A stretch of 64,000 nt of DNA from Antedon mediterranea (lineage: Eukaryota > Animalia > Echinodermata). The notes below the pieces were generated by a model. It was not told where the DNA came from. It did no database searches and saw only the letters and a list, made by a program, of their open reading frames with translations. The stretch spans positions 37,578,437-37,642,436 of the forward strand of contig NC_092672.1 of assembly GCF_964355755.1 (NCBI RefSeq), written 5' to 3'. The position numbers were made by a program, and so were the translations under genes. Below, piece after piece: positions 42,067 through 64,000 of the stretch. Numbering within the stretch: the stretch's first letter is position 1; each line of letters opens with the position of its first letter.

Positions 42067-43139
42067 AAGCTTGGTTCCCACTAGCTAGAGGACACAACTA
42101 GAGGACGTGCAGTACGCGCTACAACCCAATATACTTATTATTAGTATTGAATGATCCGCTTACCTAGTGGGAATTCTATTTTAACATATTAAGTGGTGAA
42201 TCCCAATCCATTCACACTAAAGCTTGGTTCCCACTAGAACACAAGCCGCAACACAAGCCAATTGACAGTTTGAATGATTCATCGATTTTGATTGGTCAAT
42301 TCGCCTGCGTTGCGTTCTAGTGGGAACTAAACTTTAGGTAGTATATTAGTTACATTGTACAACTGAGTTTCGGTTATGAAGCTTAACCCTTCACCCTTCC
42401 CCTATACAAGTATAGCTTCGTTACCTGAAAAGGGATCAATGCACCAAGCACCGATAACAATTTAAATCATTTGCATATATTTTTCTTCAAAATTTATTGT
42501 CAACAAAAAAAAAATACAATAATGAAGTCATTATAGACTACGATTCTATCCCCACTACAAAATGTACACACCGAATAGAAAAACAATGTACAAGGGTGGT
42601 GGTTAATATACACACAATTTCTCTCTGTGATTCTTCCTATATTACAAGTTACAATTAATAAAGGGAAAAGCAAATTAATTTTGCTAAATTCAAAACAGGG
42701 TGCCCTAATAAATATTTTCAACTTGTTTACTAGAAAATAAATAAATTCATTCAAATAATTTTAAGTTGTTTCCAAGTTATCACAAAAAAAAATCATAATA
42801 AAAAAAAACCGAATTGATAAGACTAAGATTGTATAGTAGCGGTAGATTGGTATGATAAGACCGACTACTAACGCTTAACTACCGCTATCGATACTCAGTA
42901 ACACGGAACCAGCTAGTCACGCAGAGACATAAAATCCTGTTTAATTTTATTTACGTCAACGTCATTTAACATCACGTAAATTTACTGAATTCAGTATAAT
43001 CATTTTAAATCTTAATTAAGCAATTTCAAATTGATTTCATTTCAATCTATAATATTCCAGGAACCAAGGCTCAAATCCATTTTGTTTCTATTATTTAAAA
43101 GGTGCTTACAATTGGGAACCTAATAATAGAAAGACATGC

Positions 43140-62518
<19,379 letters not shown>

Positions 62519-63592
62519 CTGTGAAAGATAAAAATAATGACAAATTCATAAATATACCATAAATTCCGAAATTGGAAATATTTCTAAAATTATTTACATA
62601 CAGCTTGTATGTGGCAAAGTGTGCTTTAGAAATCTGTATTATTATTAGTAGAGGCTATATATGGTTTGACCTTGAAAAAATTCTAATAAAAGGTCTTTTG
62701 GTATTTTCTTGTAGCTTTAGGTGTCAATAATTACCAAAAAATTTTTGCAGCCTTCTAGTTGCTGCGTTAGTGAGATATTGAGGGTCAAAGGTCAGTCACC
62801 TTTTTGTGGCATTTGATGGCTCATAACTCCTCAACTCCTGGGTTTAAAAGACAAATGTGGTTTCTACATCTATGTTTTAGTGGTCAAACAACAAAATAAA
62901 GTTTTTGCAAATTTTGGGTTACTTGTGCCATTGGTCAGATAGTCGGGTCAAAGGTCATTGACCTTTATTCATTAATAACTACTGCTAGTGTAGGACCTGA
63001 GTAAGATTTGTATGCATTCAATTTAGGAGAGAATATCTCAACTGTTATAGGATAATTTGACCCCAAGGAACAACATGGGATATGTGTCAAATTCGTTATC
63101 TGGGGCGAACATGCCCAAAATCGGGGTCAAAGGTTAAAAATGTGTGGTTCTTATATCTCAAAAACCACTTGTCATACAGATTTGCTTTTGGTGTCAAATT
63201 GTTCAGAATATACATATTTATATTCGGTCTAACACAACTTTTACCCAAAAAAATGACCGGAAATGCTTTTACTGACCTTTGACCAAAAAACACATTTTCG
63301 GGTTAAATATTTAAAATGTCAATGGACACACTGTATGGTATCAAATAAAAGCATATACAATATGCTACCCATTGCTACCCAACTTGTATTTAATTATGTG
63401 ATGTTATTTTTGGAAAATATGCATATTTTATTAAATTTAGACAAAAATTAGTATAAATAATAATAAACAAATAATTCTAGCGTTGTAATGAAATATTTGG
63501 TATAAAAAAGAAAAGACTTAGTTGTAGTTTATTAAGTTCTTTATTTGGTAGACCAAACAAAATGGCATTGCAGTAGTCTAACCGTGATGTTA

Positions 63593-64000
63593 TTAGTGCA
63601 TGGACAAGTTTAATAAGCAAGGAGTGTGTTTGCGAATTGATCTTATGTTACGAAGGTGGTAGGTATCAGATTTACTAATGTTGTTGATATGTCTGGACAT
63701 AATCGTTGCTGAGTCAAATACAACTCCGATATATCTAACCTCCAACGATGATGTGATTGATGTTTCTAGCAATGGCCAATTTCTTGAAGTGTTTTGAATG
63801 AAGAAATAAGATTTCTGTTTTACCAGGTTTAAAAAGAGCATGTTTTTAGTTAGCCAATCCTGAACATCAACAACACAAGCTTTGATAACCGATTTCGCCT
63901 CATTAAACTCTGCTGGATTAAAGCTGATGTACAGTTGTGTATCATCTGCGTACACATGATATTGGACACAATGTCTCTTAATGATATCACTCATGGGCGA
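63593..64000 (-). mobile_element. Degenerate non-LTR retrotransposon (CR1/L2 group) reverse transcriptase fragment, intronic
   Basis: YHVYADDTQLYISF catalytic motif, then WLTKNMLFLN, YIGVVFDS and [11 protein letters not shown]; apparent frameshift or deletion after LN. Confidence 0.88.

Overview
AT-rich, intron-rich metazoan genomic DNA; the gene content and repeat style suggest an invertebrate deuterostome such as an echinoderm, but this is inference only. Four spliced protein-coding genes can be reconstructed by hand with GT-AG boundaries and consistent phases. (1) A nicotinic acetylcholine receptor alpha-type subunit (+, 14765-24111; signal-peptide exon not located). (2) GLT1D1 glycosyltransferase (-, 29377-36225, complete, 344 aa). 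(3) A secreted protein with a PAN/apple-like domain and three Link modules (+, 40024-42066, 410 aa). (4) The 3' part of a domino/EP400/SRCAP SWR1-family remodeller (-, 43140 to beyond the window end), whose structure allows both an SRCAP-like AT-hook C-terminus and an EP400-like SANT/Q-rich C-terminus. The domino introns host six snoRNA-like genes: four SNORD52/snR78-like C/D boxes and two SNORA32-like H/ACA. Non-coding DNA is dense in non-autonomous DNA transposons: several Harbinger/Tourist-type families (one carrying 2-3 CArG boxes per copy), a MULE, and a nested hAT-like element. There is also a P-element-like footprint filled with an inverted copy of neighbouring DNA, SINE and LINE remnants, and a 49-bp satellite with a 17-unit higher-order duplication.
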